A program made the position numbers and the translations under genes. From Octopus bimaculoides (lineage: Eukaryota): a stretch of DNA of 64,000 nucleotides. The stretch is taken from NCBI RefSeq assembly GCF_001194135.2, contig NC_068998.1, forward strand, positions 39,123,251 to 39,187,250. The letters run 5' to 3'. The notes below the pieces were generated by a model. The model saw nothing but the letters and a program-made list of their open reading frames with translations, did no database searches and was not told where the DNA came from. This document shows, in pieces, positions 38,646-51,671 of the stretch. Within the stretch, counting starts at the first letter, position 1. Each line of letters begins with the position of its first letter.

Positions 38646-39123
38646 TATATATATATATATCACTAAAGTTATGAACATTTAAAATCCCACAGAGATTAGA
38701 ACCTTTGCCATCCTTTGTTCTCTCTGGATATATGTAATGGCTGGATGCTGTTCGAGTCAGCCCAACACAACTTTACCACAGTAACACTAAATATGTTTAT
38801 ATATGCTTGATAGGTTATGCCATCGACTGTGTGAAGAAATATATAATTAATCTCGCTTGATGTTTTTCAAATCATCACCATATTTTGTATATAACAGGAT
38901 GCATATATAGTTCTTAACCAATATTAATGCATATGTGAAAAGTATGCTTGGTATGAAGAGAATCTAGGGAGACTCAATATTATGATTGTCCGATTTTCAA
39001 TCCTTTTAGCTGCTCACTTCCTAGTTTTGTGCTCTCTTTTAACTTAGCTTTTAACCTCCAAAATAGTTTCCACAGCAAGATTTTGTATACTTACAAACAC
39101 AAAAGATTAATAAAATAATTATT

Positions 39124-39706
39124 AGCAGGCACAGCTGTGTAGTTAAGGAGCTCACCTTGATTCCATGTGGTTTCAGGTTCAGTCCCACTACGTGGAACCT
39201 TGGACAAATGTCTTCTATTATAGCGCCCTTTGTGTGTGTGTGTGTGTGTGTTCCCCCATCATCACTTGACAAGTTGTGTTGGTTTGTTTATGCCTCCATA
39301 ACTTTGCGGGTCAGCGAAAGGGACTGATAGGATAAGTATCAGACTTAGAAAATAAGTACAGCGGTTGAATTGTGTGGTGTGATGGAGGAAAAAGACAACA
39401 AGAAGCAAAAGAGAGAATGAAACACTGGGACCTTACCTTGTTGACCGTGGCGGTGTAAACGATTGCTCTAGATCAAAACATGTCTTCTCCCTAAGCCGTC
39501 TGTCTTCGAACTGACCCCACGTGCTCGCTGTCCACCGGTCTGGCCCTTCCGGTCTGTCTTCACTTCCGTTTGCTTCATCTCTCTCCACCAACAACACATA
39601 GCTCATCACAGCCCATAACACCACATGTAACACCACAAATTGTTTCACTAAACCCTTCAAGATGGTACCCAGCATGGCCTCAGTCAAATGACTGAAGCAA
39701 TAAGAT
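39124..39706 (+). mobile_element. Older family B SINE interrupted by a 265-bp insert
   Basis: Head at 39124, tail CAGCATGGCCTCAGTCAAATGACTGAAGC at ~39670-39700; removing 39373-39642 restores the family sequence. Confidence 0.8.
39373..39637. mobile_element. Solo-LTR-like insert (TGT...ACA, 5-bp TSD)
   Basis: Perfect 8-bp inverted termini TGTGGTGT/ACACCACA; AATTG duplicated at 39368-39372 and 39638-39642. Superfamily not determinable here. Confidence 0.78.
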
Positions 39707-40064
39707 ATCTTGTTTCACTACCCACAGTATACTTTGGAATTACACACACACACACATATACATCCACTACTATACCTATCACCCCCACCATAACTACAAT
39801 TTGTTCTTGAACCATTATTGTTTTGGTTAATTACTTTATTACATTGTTCTACTATTCCTGAAAGGTATTAATTGCTAATTTAAGAAGAGAGAATGGTACA
39901 TATTCAATAATGTAATTGGTAATGATGTTGTCCATTGAGCAATATTTATGCAGTTTGAGTTCTATCATGTGTACCTGTTGCTGTTTTCTATCTCAAACTG
40001 GTGATCATAATGTTTAATATATAATGAATCACTAGTTATTACAATTTCTAAAGTTATTTTTCAG

Positions 40065-40091
40065 GTTTTAAACAATTTTGAAAGTATTCCT
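40065..40091 (+). CDS. SH3BGRL: Candidate 27-nt micro-exon (VLNNFESIP)
   Basis: TTATTTTTCAG acceptor; consensus GTAAGT donor at 40092; phase 0-0 and stop-free. Splice signals only. Confidence 0.55.
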
Positions 40092-41399
40092 GTAAGTATT
40101 GCCTAGTAAATGAAAATGAAGAAATCCTTATGATTAGTAATGATTATTATCATTATTATTATTATTAGACTAATAAGAGTGTGTGTTTTGAATTCTCTTT
40201 CTTTTAACAATACTTGTTACATGACATAGATCCCAGCTAATATTGAGTTGTTCTTTTCTCACATGTTCTTTGATTTTTGTTTCCTGTAGTAAGATGTTAA
40301 TGACTGGGCTGTAAATCATATTCTCATCACAGTAGTTAATGATATTTTTAGTCTTGAGTACTGTGGACTTCATCTGCTCATCACTACATTTTTGAAAATG
40401 ACGGAAAATTTTCACAGATAACATTAATAGTGTTTTGCCCAAATCATTAGAAATGCATTTTTAATTTTTTTTAATCAAAATTTGAAACCATTCTGGGGTA
40501 ATGGTTATAACTCTGGCACTATTTCAGCAAATCCATTAGCAATATTAGTGGCACTCAAATTTTGAAATCATATTAGGATTTAGGAAATTTAACAAAATAT
40601 AAAATTTTAGTTAGGGGGTTAGAGAACCAGAAATAAGTTGTAGCTGGCCAATTCAGGTAGACTGGAAAATATTTCAGAGTACCAAAATTCAAACTATACA
40701 ATTTTTTTCACTTTATATCTATGGGTCAGTGTGAGTGTGTAGTAATGTTTGTTTTTACATCGTTATATATAAAAACAATTCAACATGAAACTGAAGGATT
40801 ACTCAATACTTTTTTAGTACAGTATATATTAATATATTTAGTCGGTTATATATAACTAGGAAAAGGTTGACTGTGACTTTGAAGTTTTAGCTTGTTTACC
40901 TTCATCGGACTGTCATTTACTTTGATTCTTTTTAGCTTTAAGTAGTCTTTGGCAGTTTTTTTTTTTTTTTTTTTTTTGTATGGGTGATTTAGCCTATGAT
41001 AATGGTGAATAGGTATAGTGTAGATAGACAGGGTAAGTAGTTGTGTAGAAAGTGGGGGAAATTCAACCTCAGTCTGATCTATGTAGTTTGTCCAACTATA
41101 TTATCTACATTCTTTTGTGAACCCTAATATTCAAAGAGTGCTGTGACTTGAATTTGACACATCTGTTCACATGTGACTGAACCCTAAACAATATCAAGAT
41201 TCCTCGTCAAACCAAAATAATTCTCCTCATCATACCTTTCTATCAACTCACCCTACGGATACACATGCCTCCTATCTTCCTCTATTCCCATCCCCCAACT
41301 TAATTACTACTTTCCCTGTCTACTTGCATAATACCTATTTATCTTTCACATAAACCAAACTATCCCCCAAAACACAAACTTGCCGAAAACTATTTAATG

Positions 41400-42105
41400 C
41401 CAAAATGAACCAAAGTAAATTATAGTTTGAAGAAGGCAACTATGCTGAAACTTCAGAGTCACTGTAAACCTTTTTCTTATATAAGAGGTCGACCCAGGGA
41501 TACATAGGATGAAGTGGTGAAGCATGATCTTTGAATATTGGGCCTCACGGAGGTAATGACTAGTGACTGAGACCTTTGATGATATGCTGTACTTGAGAAG
41601 ACTCATCAAGCCAAGTGAAATTGTAGCCATGGCTGTTGCTGGTGTCATGTAAATGGCACCTGTGAAATTGTAATTGTGGCCATTGCCGGTAGCATGATCT
41701 TCGAATCTTGGATCTCACAGAGGAGAAGGACAAGCTGGTGAAGCATGATCTTCAAATGTTGAGCCTCATGGAAGCGATGACAAGTGACTGAGGCCTTTAG
41801 TGCTATGCTATGCTCGAGAAGACTTGTCAAGCCAAGTGAAGCCATAGTTGTGACCCGTTGCCAGTGCCATGTAAATGGCACCCATTAAATCATAGCCGTG
41901 ACTGTTACTGGTGTGATGGAAATAGCATGCATGCTGGTGGCACATAAAAAGCACTCATTACACTCTTGGAGTGGTGGCATTAGGAAGGGCATCTAGCTGT
42001 AGAAACCATGTCAAATCAAACTGGAACCTGATGCAGTTCTTTGGTTTACCAGTTCCAGTCAAACTGTCTAACACATGCCAGCATGGAAAGTGGACCTTAA
42101 ATGAT
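41400..42105 (+). mobile_element. Longer, older repeat C copy with an internal ~220-bp duplication
   Basis: GGTGAAGCATGATCTT...CAAGCCAAGTGAA...CATGTAAATGGCACC occurs twice (~41507-41660 and ~41737-41883), followed by the repeat C 3' end. Confidence 0.75.
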
Positions 42106-43008
42106 ATATATATATATACATATATATATATANNNNNNNNNNNNNNNNNNNNNNNNNNNNNNNNNNNNNNNNNNNNNNNNNNNNNNNNNNNNNNNNNNNN
42201 NNNNNNNNNNNNNNNNNNNNNNNNNNNNNNNNNNNNNNNNNNNNNNNNNNNNNNNNNNNNNNNNNNNNNNNNNNNNNNNNNNNNNNNNNNNNNNNNNNNN
42301 NNNNNNNNNNNNNNNNNNNNNNNNNNNNNNNNNNNNNNNNNNNNNNNNNNNNNNNNNNNNNNNNNNNNNNNNNNNNNNNNNNNNNNNNNNNNNNNNNNNN
42401 NNNNNNNNNNNNNNNNNNNNNNNNNNNNNNNNNNNNNNNNNNNNNNNNNNNNNNNNNNNNNNNNNNNNNNNNNNNNNNNNNNNNNNNNNNNNNNNNNNNN
42501 NNNNNNNNNNNNNNNNNNNNNNNNNNNNNNNNNNNNNNNNNNNNNNNNNNNNNNNNNNNNNNNNNNNNNNNNNNNNNNNNNNNNNNNNNNNNNNNNNNNN
42601 NNNNNNNNNNNNNNNNNNNNNNNNNNNNNNNNNNNNNNNNNNNNNNNNNNNNNNNNNNNNNNNNNNNNNNNNNNNNNNNNNNNNNNNNNNNNNNNNNNNN
42701 NNNNNNNNNNNNNNNNNNNNNNNNNNNNNNNNNNNNNNNNNNNNNNNNNNNNNNNNNNNNNNNNNNNNNNNNNNNNNNNNNNNNNNNNNNNNNNNNNNNN
42801 NNNNNNNNNNNNNNNNNNNNNNNNNNNNNNNNNNNNNNNNNNNNNNNNNNNNNNNNNNNNNNNNNNNNNNNNNNNNNNNNNNNNNNNNNNNNNNNNNNNN
42901 NNNNNNNNNNNNNNNNNNNNNNNNNNNNNNNNNNNNNNNNNNNNNNNNNNNNNNNNNNNNNNNNNNNNNNNNNNNNNNNNNNNNNNNNNNNNNNNNNNNN
43001 NNNNNNNN

Positions 43009-43055
<47 letters not shown>

Positions 43056-43146
43056 GTATCACTCCATTTCTTTCTACATCTATATCTGCCTACATACACA
43101 CACTCACATGCACGCATTGAGAAGTTTTATTTCTGGTGAGTTTCAG

Positions 43147-43179
43147 GAGTACATCGATCCTGATGAAGACCCTGAGGAG
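43147..43179 (+). CDS. SH3BGRL: Candidate 33-nt acidic micro-exon (EYIDPDEDPEE)
   Basis: TTTCAG acceptor with a weak pyrimidine tract; GAG|GTAAAC donor; phase 0-0. The Glu/Asp/Pro composition fits an SH3BGR acidic tail. Confidence 0.6.
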
Positions 43180-45494
43180 GTAAACTGAAAACCTTTCTGT
43201 CTGTCAGCTAGCAGCAACAGTTATCGCAACCAATTACGACTTGCATGTTGCTATTTGTTCTATTCTCATTAATCCTGTGACAGTTACTAAAACCCTGATC
43301 ATCATAACAAACTTAACTACCAGAAATTTTCCCCCCATTCCTCTACAAATCCGTCATCAGGTTCTCTTTATACATCTACATATTCTTAGAACTATTTTGA
43401 AATTACAATAATAACACAACTAGACATTGCTGGTAGGAGTAGTGCTGGTATAATTACACACGTCTATAAATTCTACTCAATGATGGTCAGGTGTGTTGCT
43501 GTCTAACAGTCCAGCTTGTTGTTCTTGTTAGCATTGTGGTTCTTGTTTTGCTGTTATTCTTCTTCTTATTGTTATTATTTGTTTACTGTTTCCTTTTACT
43601 ATCAGCAGTTTTAAAATTTGACTTATTTCCAGTAACAAGGAAGAAAAGAAGTAAAACTAACCAAAATTAGAAGTGATTTCATTGGCAATATATTGTCAAT
43701 GAATGTCCTTCGTATTGTTTGATCTTTGATCTTAAGAGCATTCATAATCCTGCCATTGTGGGTTGGGCTACTCCATATGTTGTTCAATCAAGACCCTTTA
43801 TTTTTCTTTAACTTTATTGCTTTCATTGTATGTGTGTGCATGCGTGTGCGTGCGTGTGTGTGTTTGTGTGTGTACAAAAGCCTTGTGATTTTTTATTATG
43901 CCCCTTTATATTCTGAGTTCAAACCCCACCTTGGCCTGCTTTACTTTTCACCTTTCCAAGGCTAAACTAAATGCTGAAGTTGAAGCCTATGTAATCTTTG
44001 AACTGTAACTATACTCCATCATGGCCACAGCTCAAAGCTGGAAACTAACTAGATAATTTATAATGCTTTCAATGCTACCTTATAGTTAGATTTTTAATGC
44101 TTGTTATTTCAAATGTCTCAATTCTACTTTAGTTGAATTTTACAAACAACAAATTTATAAAACAGCCAGTTGCTGCAGCAAAGTGAAATACTGAAGTTAT
44201 TATGTGAACTGAATGTTTTCATGGCAAGTCTTTCAATGTATCCATAGTTATAGTTATGAGGATTTCTTTTCAAGAACGTAATTTGTATTCTTTTTTGGTT
44301 ATATTAGGAGATCTTAAAAGAACCTTCAGACTATGTGTTCTTCACTTTACACTGTTTAGTCAATGATACTGAATCTATCAATAATTTGAATGAGCTTGGA
44401 TGACTTAACCAAAGGGTTTCAGAAACTCATTGTAGAGGTTGAGAGGCCTTATCCATTCAATAGCCAAATCCACCGAACACTAGATTGGCACCCTAAATAG
44501 CATAATTATTCAGTCAGTAACATTGGCACTGTGATGATGAGTAATTCATTGACCTGCAGTACTAAGTTCCATTTCTCCTGTAGAGAAAGCTACTTACAGT
44601 AGACTAGCAACCAGTTCCAGAAGAGATTGATCTCTCATGCATTTAATGCTGTGGAAAATGAAAACAAGCATCAGAACTATGGAATCTTGTGATTCAAAAA
44701 AATATTGTGGCAGTCTGGATAATTTGAAGCTGTTTATCCAACGAAATTGTTATATTTTTAAATATTTTGAGTTGTTTATCCAACAAATTGAAGTAGCCCA
44801 GTTAATTATAGCTGTTTATTCAGTGCATCTGAGGTAATTCAGATAGTTTTTTTTTACTTCTTTATATTGATCCTGCATTAAAAACCACTTCGCTGTGTCA
44901 ATAGAAATTTCTAGTTAAAATTTAACTTCATCTCTGTTTATTTCCTCTGACATTAAATTGCTTTCCTAACTAATTTTTTAAAATCAAGCTGATAATATAT
45001 TTACATTCTTAATCACAAACAATAGATAGGACGCAGTAGCAGCTTCGTTCAATATCTCCTTCTGTCTTATATCTTACATAAATTGTTGTGTGGAGTATAT
45101 ACTGTAGCAATCTCTATACGAAGCCTTAGTATTAGATATATCACTATAAATCATAGGTGTAGTATTGTTTGTATCCTGTTATCCAATGCAGTGTCTTTAT
45201 AAGATTATAGTATTATACTATAGTATTACTTGTACCATAGTGCTTCTATTAAAGTAAAATATATATTGAGCATAACCAAGTACTTCGTGATGTAACTACT
45301 ATCTGTGACAACATACCAGTTGTGGATATTTATTAGAGTTTGATATTGATTTCTTATATAGATTTATAATGCCATTAGTGATGTAGATGAAGTGAAATAC
45401 GTTTGAACATTGAAACAAAATTGTAGACTTGCTGAGAGCTTACTTCTACTCCATGGTCCTTGACTATAAATATAGAACTTATAACATTCTCTTG

Positions 45495-45670
45495 CTTGGC
45501 TTCAGTATTGAACCTGCCTTGGTATTCTCTTTACCTGGCTACAATATTGAGCATGCTGTTTTATTCTTTTTATCTAACTACAATATTGATATTCTATTGA
45601 TACAACATTGACCCTTCTCATTATCTGGCTACAATACTGACTTTTCTTTTTACTTGGCTATACTATTCAC
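45495..45670. repeat. Decayed minisatellite, ~26-bp core TTCTCTTTACCTGGCTACAATATTGA
   Basis: Five imperfect copies with short irregular linkers. Confidence 0.65.
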
Positions 45671-46023
45671 TCTTCTTACTAAGCCATTCTTTTAAAATTA
45701 CTGGTGCTCAGTTAATTATGTAACAACATTGACTCCTCCTCCTACTCTCTCTACACACTTCTAATAGTTCTTCCTCTGTTCCCTCATCCTTTCCCTTTAT
45801 GCTAATACTTCAGACTATGAACTTGGTTCAAGCAGTTCCAAAAATTAAGCAGCATTTAAATGGGCTTTTTCATTCAAAAAACCTGACAGACTAATGGGTT
45901 ACATGGTACTCTAACATTGCAGGTTATAATAATAATAATAACTGGAATATCAATAAAGAACAAAATCGTTTTTTAGTTATCTTTCTAAAGGTCAATACAC
46001 TGTATACTATTTGAAACCATTGT

Positions 46024-46260
46024 TAGGCAGTAAGCTGGCAGAATCATTAGCATGCCGGGCATAATACTTTGCAGCGTTTCATCTGTCCTTACGTTCTGAG
46101 TTCAAATTCTGCTGAGGTCCACTTTGCCTTTCATCCTTTTGGGGTTGATGAATTACCAGTGAAATGTTATGGTTGATGTAATTGACTAGTCCCCTCCACC
46201 CAAATTTCAGGCCTTGTGCCTTTAGTAGAAAGGATTATTATCATTATTATTATTATTTCT
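46024..46260 (+). mobile_element. Family A SINE with (TTA)n tail
   Basis: Full head, core and tail match the other copies in the window. Confidence 0.85.
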
Positions 46261-46857
46261 ACTTTAATGATCCCCATTCTCCTACCCGCCTAACCATTAA
46301 ATGCTTTCTATTTTTTATTATATCTAATCAGCTCACAAATACATTTAGCAATTATATATATATATATAATATATATCTTATTTCTCTAGTTATTTTTTTT
46401 TTTAGCATCCTATATTTCATTTTATGTGCTTTCTTCCAAATTTTCATCTCTTAATCTAGTTTTTCTTTCTTTCTTCTATTTCTCTTCTGATTCTTGTATT
46501 TGGTTCTGTCTATGCATTTTTTATTGGCAACTTCACAATTTCAAAGCTGGTTTGTACAACACAGTTGCAATTTATCTCTTATTTTTTCCTTCCTTTACAT
46601 TCTGGATTGTTCTGGATAATGGTGCTTGCTTTATACATTATTTACATCTTTCTTTGATCAAACAAACTTCTCAGAAAAAAAACGAATTGTTATTTTTATT
46701 TTTTTTTATTTTTTAATTTGAAAATAATTTTAAAAAATACCGTTTTTATCATTTGTTTTTTTTTTACATTCCAAGGAATTTTTCAGTTTTTGTAATGTAT
46801 AAATATCATATATTCATATATAATGTTTAAAAATATTTGTTGTTGATACTATTATTA

Positions 46858-46892
<35 letters not shown>

Positions 46893-48550
46893 AATAACAT
46901 TTTTATCTTTAAAGCACAAAATTGTTCTCTATTGTTGAGAAGGAAACAAAATTATGAAAATAACAAAATCAAATTATTTGAACAAGACTGATGTAAGAAG
47001 AATATTATCAATACAAAAAAAAATGCTGGTGAACTTATCAGCTGTGTGACAGTTCCAGGAATTGCTGATGGTGGGGGTCACATGCATACAGTGATATATT
47101 CCCTGTATTTTGTAATAATCTTTGTGAACTTCACAGTAGCATACAGATAAAACACACACACACACACTTTGTACTATTGAGTAGTTAATACACTCAGAAA
47201 ATATTGCTACAAGTGTATATTAGTAAGATATCTGCAAAATGATCACCATGCTTTAACAGTGAGCAGACATTTTAGTGATAACTTTTTGCTCTGGGCTAGA
47301 ATTATATCCAACAGAATATTTAACTCTCATCTACCTAATATTACAGAAACCAGAGTTGAACACAGTTTCCTATCTATTCTTATGATTAACTGACAATATC
47401 TCTAGTGATACTATTTTCCTTAGGAGTTTCAGTTTTATTTTCAAAATAGTCTGTTCAGATGTTTAGCAAACATTTTTATTTTGTTTTGTACATTAGTATA
47501 AAAAAAATTGATGTTTCGAATAAACTAGTTTATTTATATATATGTCTGTAGTATAGTGGCTTTATGCTTTTACTGCATCATTTTGTGGTACTCTAGCATG
47601 GCCAGGTTTACTGTGGAATTTCTTGTGGTTTCAAGCAGATTAGTGTATTGTAATGAAAAAAAAAAAAAAAGCAGTCACAGCTAAATGCTGATTGTACTAT
47701 TGTTTTGTAGCTGATCTAGTAGTAGACATCTTGTCTTCTTTTCAAGAATATTCAGGTTTCAGAAATGATTTCTACAGTAAATTTGTTCCTTTTTAAGATA
47801 GTAGCTTTGAAAATTTAAGGATAATAATATCAATGTTTTTGTTAGAAATCCAGATGACTGTTGAGGCTTCTGGCTCCCTCATTGGTGCATTTGTCAAATT
47901 GTTCAACTGAAATTTAATGGGAAACCAAGTGTTAGTAATATGCTCATTTTTTTTACAAATCTTAGGAGACCCTGTGGCCAATATTAATTTTTTTCTCCAA
48001 AGAATTAATGGATGCAAAACTAATCTTCCTCCAGACAGCTTACCAATTTCTTGCAAGTTACATTTCCTAACATTCTGGTACATGTTTCCACTAATTAAAT
48101 AAACTGAAGCAATGAGAACAAAATGTTTCTCCATATATGCTCTGAAATGTTTTACTGTGGATTAGAACTCACAACCCATGAAATGACAGCTATCTTTACT
48201 GTTTAAGAACCACTATAGAACTTAACAGAACCAAAGTATCAGTTGGTACTACTACTACTGTCTTAAGGCTTGATATAACCAAGAAGATATATAGAAATAT
48301 ATAGAAAAGAAACTAGAAGCCAATGGTGATGGAGAGAGAGAGGGAGAAGTGGAAAGAGATGTTTTTAAAAGTTGGTGTTATCTGTGAACGTGTTGTCAGA
48401 AACTTCCTTGCAATATGCGAGTTATATCAACATTTATGGAGATGATAACAAGGTGTATTATCTGTACTTAACACACCTGAAAATTGTGCTCTTTCATATT
48501 TCAGGAATTACATTCAGTTCATCGAGTGTGATTTGTTTGGAATGATGGTA

Positions 48551-48598
<48 letters not shown>

Positions 48599-49349
48599 NN
48601 NNNNNNNNNNNNNNNNNNNNNNNNNNNNNNNNNNNNNNNNNNNNNNNNNNNNNNNNNNNNNNNNNNNNNNNNNNNNNNNNNNNNNNNNNNNNNNNNNNNN
48701 NNNNNNNNNNNNNNNNNNNNNNNNNNNNNNNNNNNNNNNNNNNNNNNNNNNNNNNNNNNNNNNNNNNNNNNNNNNNNNNNNNNNNNNNNNNNNNNNNNNN
48801 NNNNNNNNNNNNNNNNNNNNNNNNNNNNNNNNNNNNNNNNNNNNNNNNNNNNNNNNNNNNNNNNNNNNNNNNNNNNNNNNNNNNNNNNNNNNNNNNNNNN
48901 NNNNNNNNNNNNNNNNNNNNNNNNNNNNNNNNNNNNNNNNNNNNNNNNNNNNNNNNNNNNNNNNNNNNNNNNNNNNNNNNNNNNNNNNNNNNNNNNNNNN
49001 NNNNNNNNNNNNNNNNNNNNNNNNNNNNNNNNNNNNNNNNNNNNNNNNNNNNNNNNNNNNNNNNNNNNNNNNNNNNNNNNNNNNNNNNNNNNNNNNNNNN
49101 NNNNNNNNNNNNNNNNNNNNNNNNNNNNNNNNNNNNNNNNNNNNNNNNNNNNNNNNNNNNNNNNNNNNNNNNNNNNNNNNNNNNNNNNNNNNNNNNNNNN
49201 NNNNNNNNNNNNNNNNNNNNNNNNNNNNNNNNNNNNNNNNNNNNNNNNNNNNNNNNNNNNNNNNNNNNNNNNNNNNNNNNNNNNNNNNNNNNNNNNNNNN
49301 NNNNNNNNNNNNNNNNNNNNNNNNNNNNNNNNNNNNNNNNNNNNNNNNN

Positions 49350-49398
<49 letters not shown>

Positions 49399-49945
49399 TA
49401 TATAGTTCATGTTTACCTTACAATATTTTGTATACACTATTTCACAACCTATATTTTTATGTCCAACAAATGGGTTTTTAAAAATCTACTAGTATACATT
49501 TTATATACATTGGCATTTGTTAAGCAAACACATACTTAAAGCTCAGCATGTACTGTTTATGTCCCCACAATATGTCAGGCTCTGACAGGCTCTGAAAATA
49601 CATGATCACTGAATGGATAGTATATAAACACATGTGCATGTTATATATACACTTAGAGTACATTTCCAGTAACATTTGAACTCATAACCTTTAGATTAGA
49701 AACCTCAAATTCTTCACTTCCAATTGTGCATATATTAGGTTTGGGACGCAGTACTTTGGCAATGTTTAAGCTTCTGATCATCTTGGTTCCTCAATCAAGT
49801 GTCATTTAGTGTAGTTATGATTGGCTCTTGATGACATTACAGCTGAGAAGAGGACAAGATTAGTTGCTTTTCTAGCATCCAATTCAGTATATCCACTTTC
49901 TCAGATCAAATCCTGTTTGATTTTTACTCTGAGGATTACCTAGCT

Positions 49946-50324
49946 TGTGTGGCACAATGGCCCAGTGGTTAGGGCAGCGGACTCGCGGTCATAGGATCAC
50001 TGTTTTGATTCCCAGACTGGTTGTTGTGAGTGTTTATTGAGCAAAAACACTTAAAGCTCCACGAGACTCCGGCAGGGGATGGCGGTGAACCTTGCTGTAC
50101 TCTTTCACCACAACTTTCTCTTACTTCCTGTTTCTGTTGTGCCTGTAATTCAAAGGGTCAGCCTTGTCACACTGTATCACGCTGAATATCCCCGAGAACT
50201 ACGTTAAGGGTACACGTGTCTGTGGAGTGCTCAGCCACTTGCACGTTAATTTCATGAGCAGGCTGTTCCGTTTATCGGATCAACTGGAATCCTTGACGTC
50301 GTAAGCGACGGAGTGCCAACAACA
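49946..50324 (+). mobile_element. tRNA-Arg-like-headed SINE with (CAA)n tail, full length
   Basis: Head GGCACAATGGCCCAGTGGTTAGGGCAGCGGACTCG resembles tRNA-Arg; 8-bp TSD ACCTAGCT at 49938-49945 and 50325-50332. Possibly an octopus OR-type/Ceph SINE (recollection, unverified). Confidence 0.85.
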
Positions 50325-51128
50325 ACCTAGCTGGATTTAATTGTCTGTATACAAAATTGTCTTTCAATCGAGTCAAATGATGCCACAGGCTCAAAATAAA
50401 TGGTAAAATGCTGTATTTCAGATTTACCCAAGCCATTTTATTATGGTAACATTGATATTATGCTGTTATTTAGCCCCATCTGAGTTCTAACCAAGCAGAT
50501 TTATGATCAAAGCATTCCCTCCATCACTATCCACTATCATTTTCAGATGATGGACTCAGAACTTAACTATCCATTGTGTCCTTTCATGTTTAAGATAGTA
50601 TGGTTTAATGAGAATTTAGCTGCCATTTCTAGCATACTGTGTGACCACATAGAAACTTTTTTAATAGTAATGATTAGATAAGTTCCAAGTATTCTGAGAC
50701 CACAATGCAGTTTTGATTATTTGTTGGAATAATAATTACATCCATTATGTTTTACTTCTACCCTTTAGCCATCCCTCTACCTCTGCATTGGCTACAGTGT
50801 CTCCTACATCCCTGAACAATACGCCCACACTGTCTCACATCTAGCTGTCATCCACATCATGTTTCACCTCCTCCTGTCACTCACACTGTATTGCTCTCAC
50901 TCCTGTCACTCAGTCCCCCCCCCCATCTCACCAACACTGTTTTTGGATTCCAAGATACCAACCCTTTAAGTAGTCTTCCATTATGTCTGCTTGATCAAGG
51001 CTGACCTTGGCTAAGCAACAGCAAACTACCTCATCTTTAATCATATCTCCAAGTTGCATGGCAAATCTTGCACAAACCCCAGTGGCCAATCATACCTTCC
51101 TTCCCCCCCATTCTTGGTTTTTACACAC

Positions 51129-51160
<32 letters not shown>

Positions 51161-51299
51161 TTTTACATTTTTTTGTGGATTGTGGTCGTGCTTGGTGCAG
51201 TTATGAAAACGACAACTAAGTGGTCTTATTAGATTTCACGTATTCAATCCTACAGCAGGGACTAAACACTTAGTAATAAAAACTTTATTATTATTTTAA

Positions 51300-51480
51300 C
51301 CCTTTTGATACCAACCTACCTGAGACTGCTCCAGGTTCTATGTCATAAATATATATAGTTTTACATACTAATAAAGTAGTTTTAGGCACTTTATCCTTTG
51401 TTTTCTGCAAGCACCCATCAATTTCAATCTCAATAGAAAAAAGACTTGGTCTTTTTTGGCTACACATTATCTCAAAAGGG
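51300..51480. mobile_element. piggyBac-type MITE
   Basis: TTAA on both flanks; perfect 9-bp TIR CCCTTTTGA/TCAAAAGGG; no coding capacity. Confidence 0.8.
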
Positions 51481-51671
51481 TTAAACATATCAATAAAAGA
51501 CAAATTAATCAACTTGATTACTGTTGATTACACTGGCCAATTCAATTGGCTACACTCCACTGCTGATAAAATTTTGGTCTTCTGTACCAAACATAGACAT
51601 CATAATTATGATTATAACCCATATTTGTTGGTTTATAATTCGCTGTAATGCAACTGAAGTTTGTGCTTTAA

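Noticed and set aside
41034-41040. Strong donor-like GTAAGT
   Set aside because: No upstream acceptor gives a frame-preserving exon (the nearest gives 40 nt).
48505-48547. Exon candidate ELHSVHRV-stop after a good acceptor
   Set aside because: The only reasonable donor (48548) gives 43 nt with an in-frame stop; in-frame donors are very weak. A poison exon cannot be excluded but is unsupported.
49951-50025. tRNA genes at SINE heads (also 15098, 16303, 38560-38645)
   Set aside because: No complete cloverleaf or acceptor stem; each continues into a repeated body and tail, some with TSDs.
50422-50445. 24-nt phase-0 micro-exon candidate IYPSHFIM
   Set aside because: Acceptable AG/GT signals, but a short pyrimidine tract, a weak ATG|GTAACA donor and hydrophobic content that does not fit the acidic neighbours; within chance expectation. 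Worth including in a junction library.
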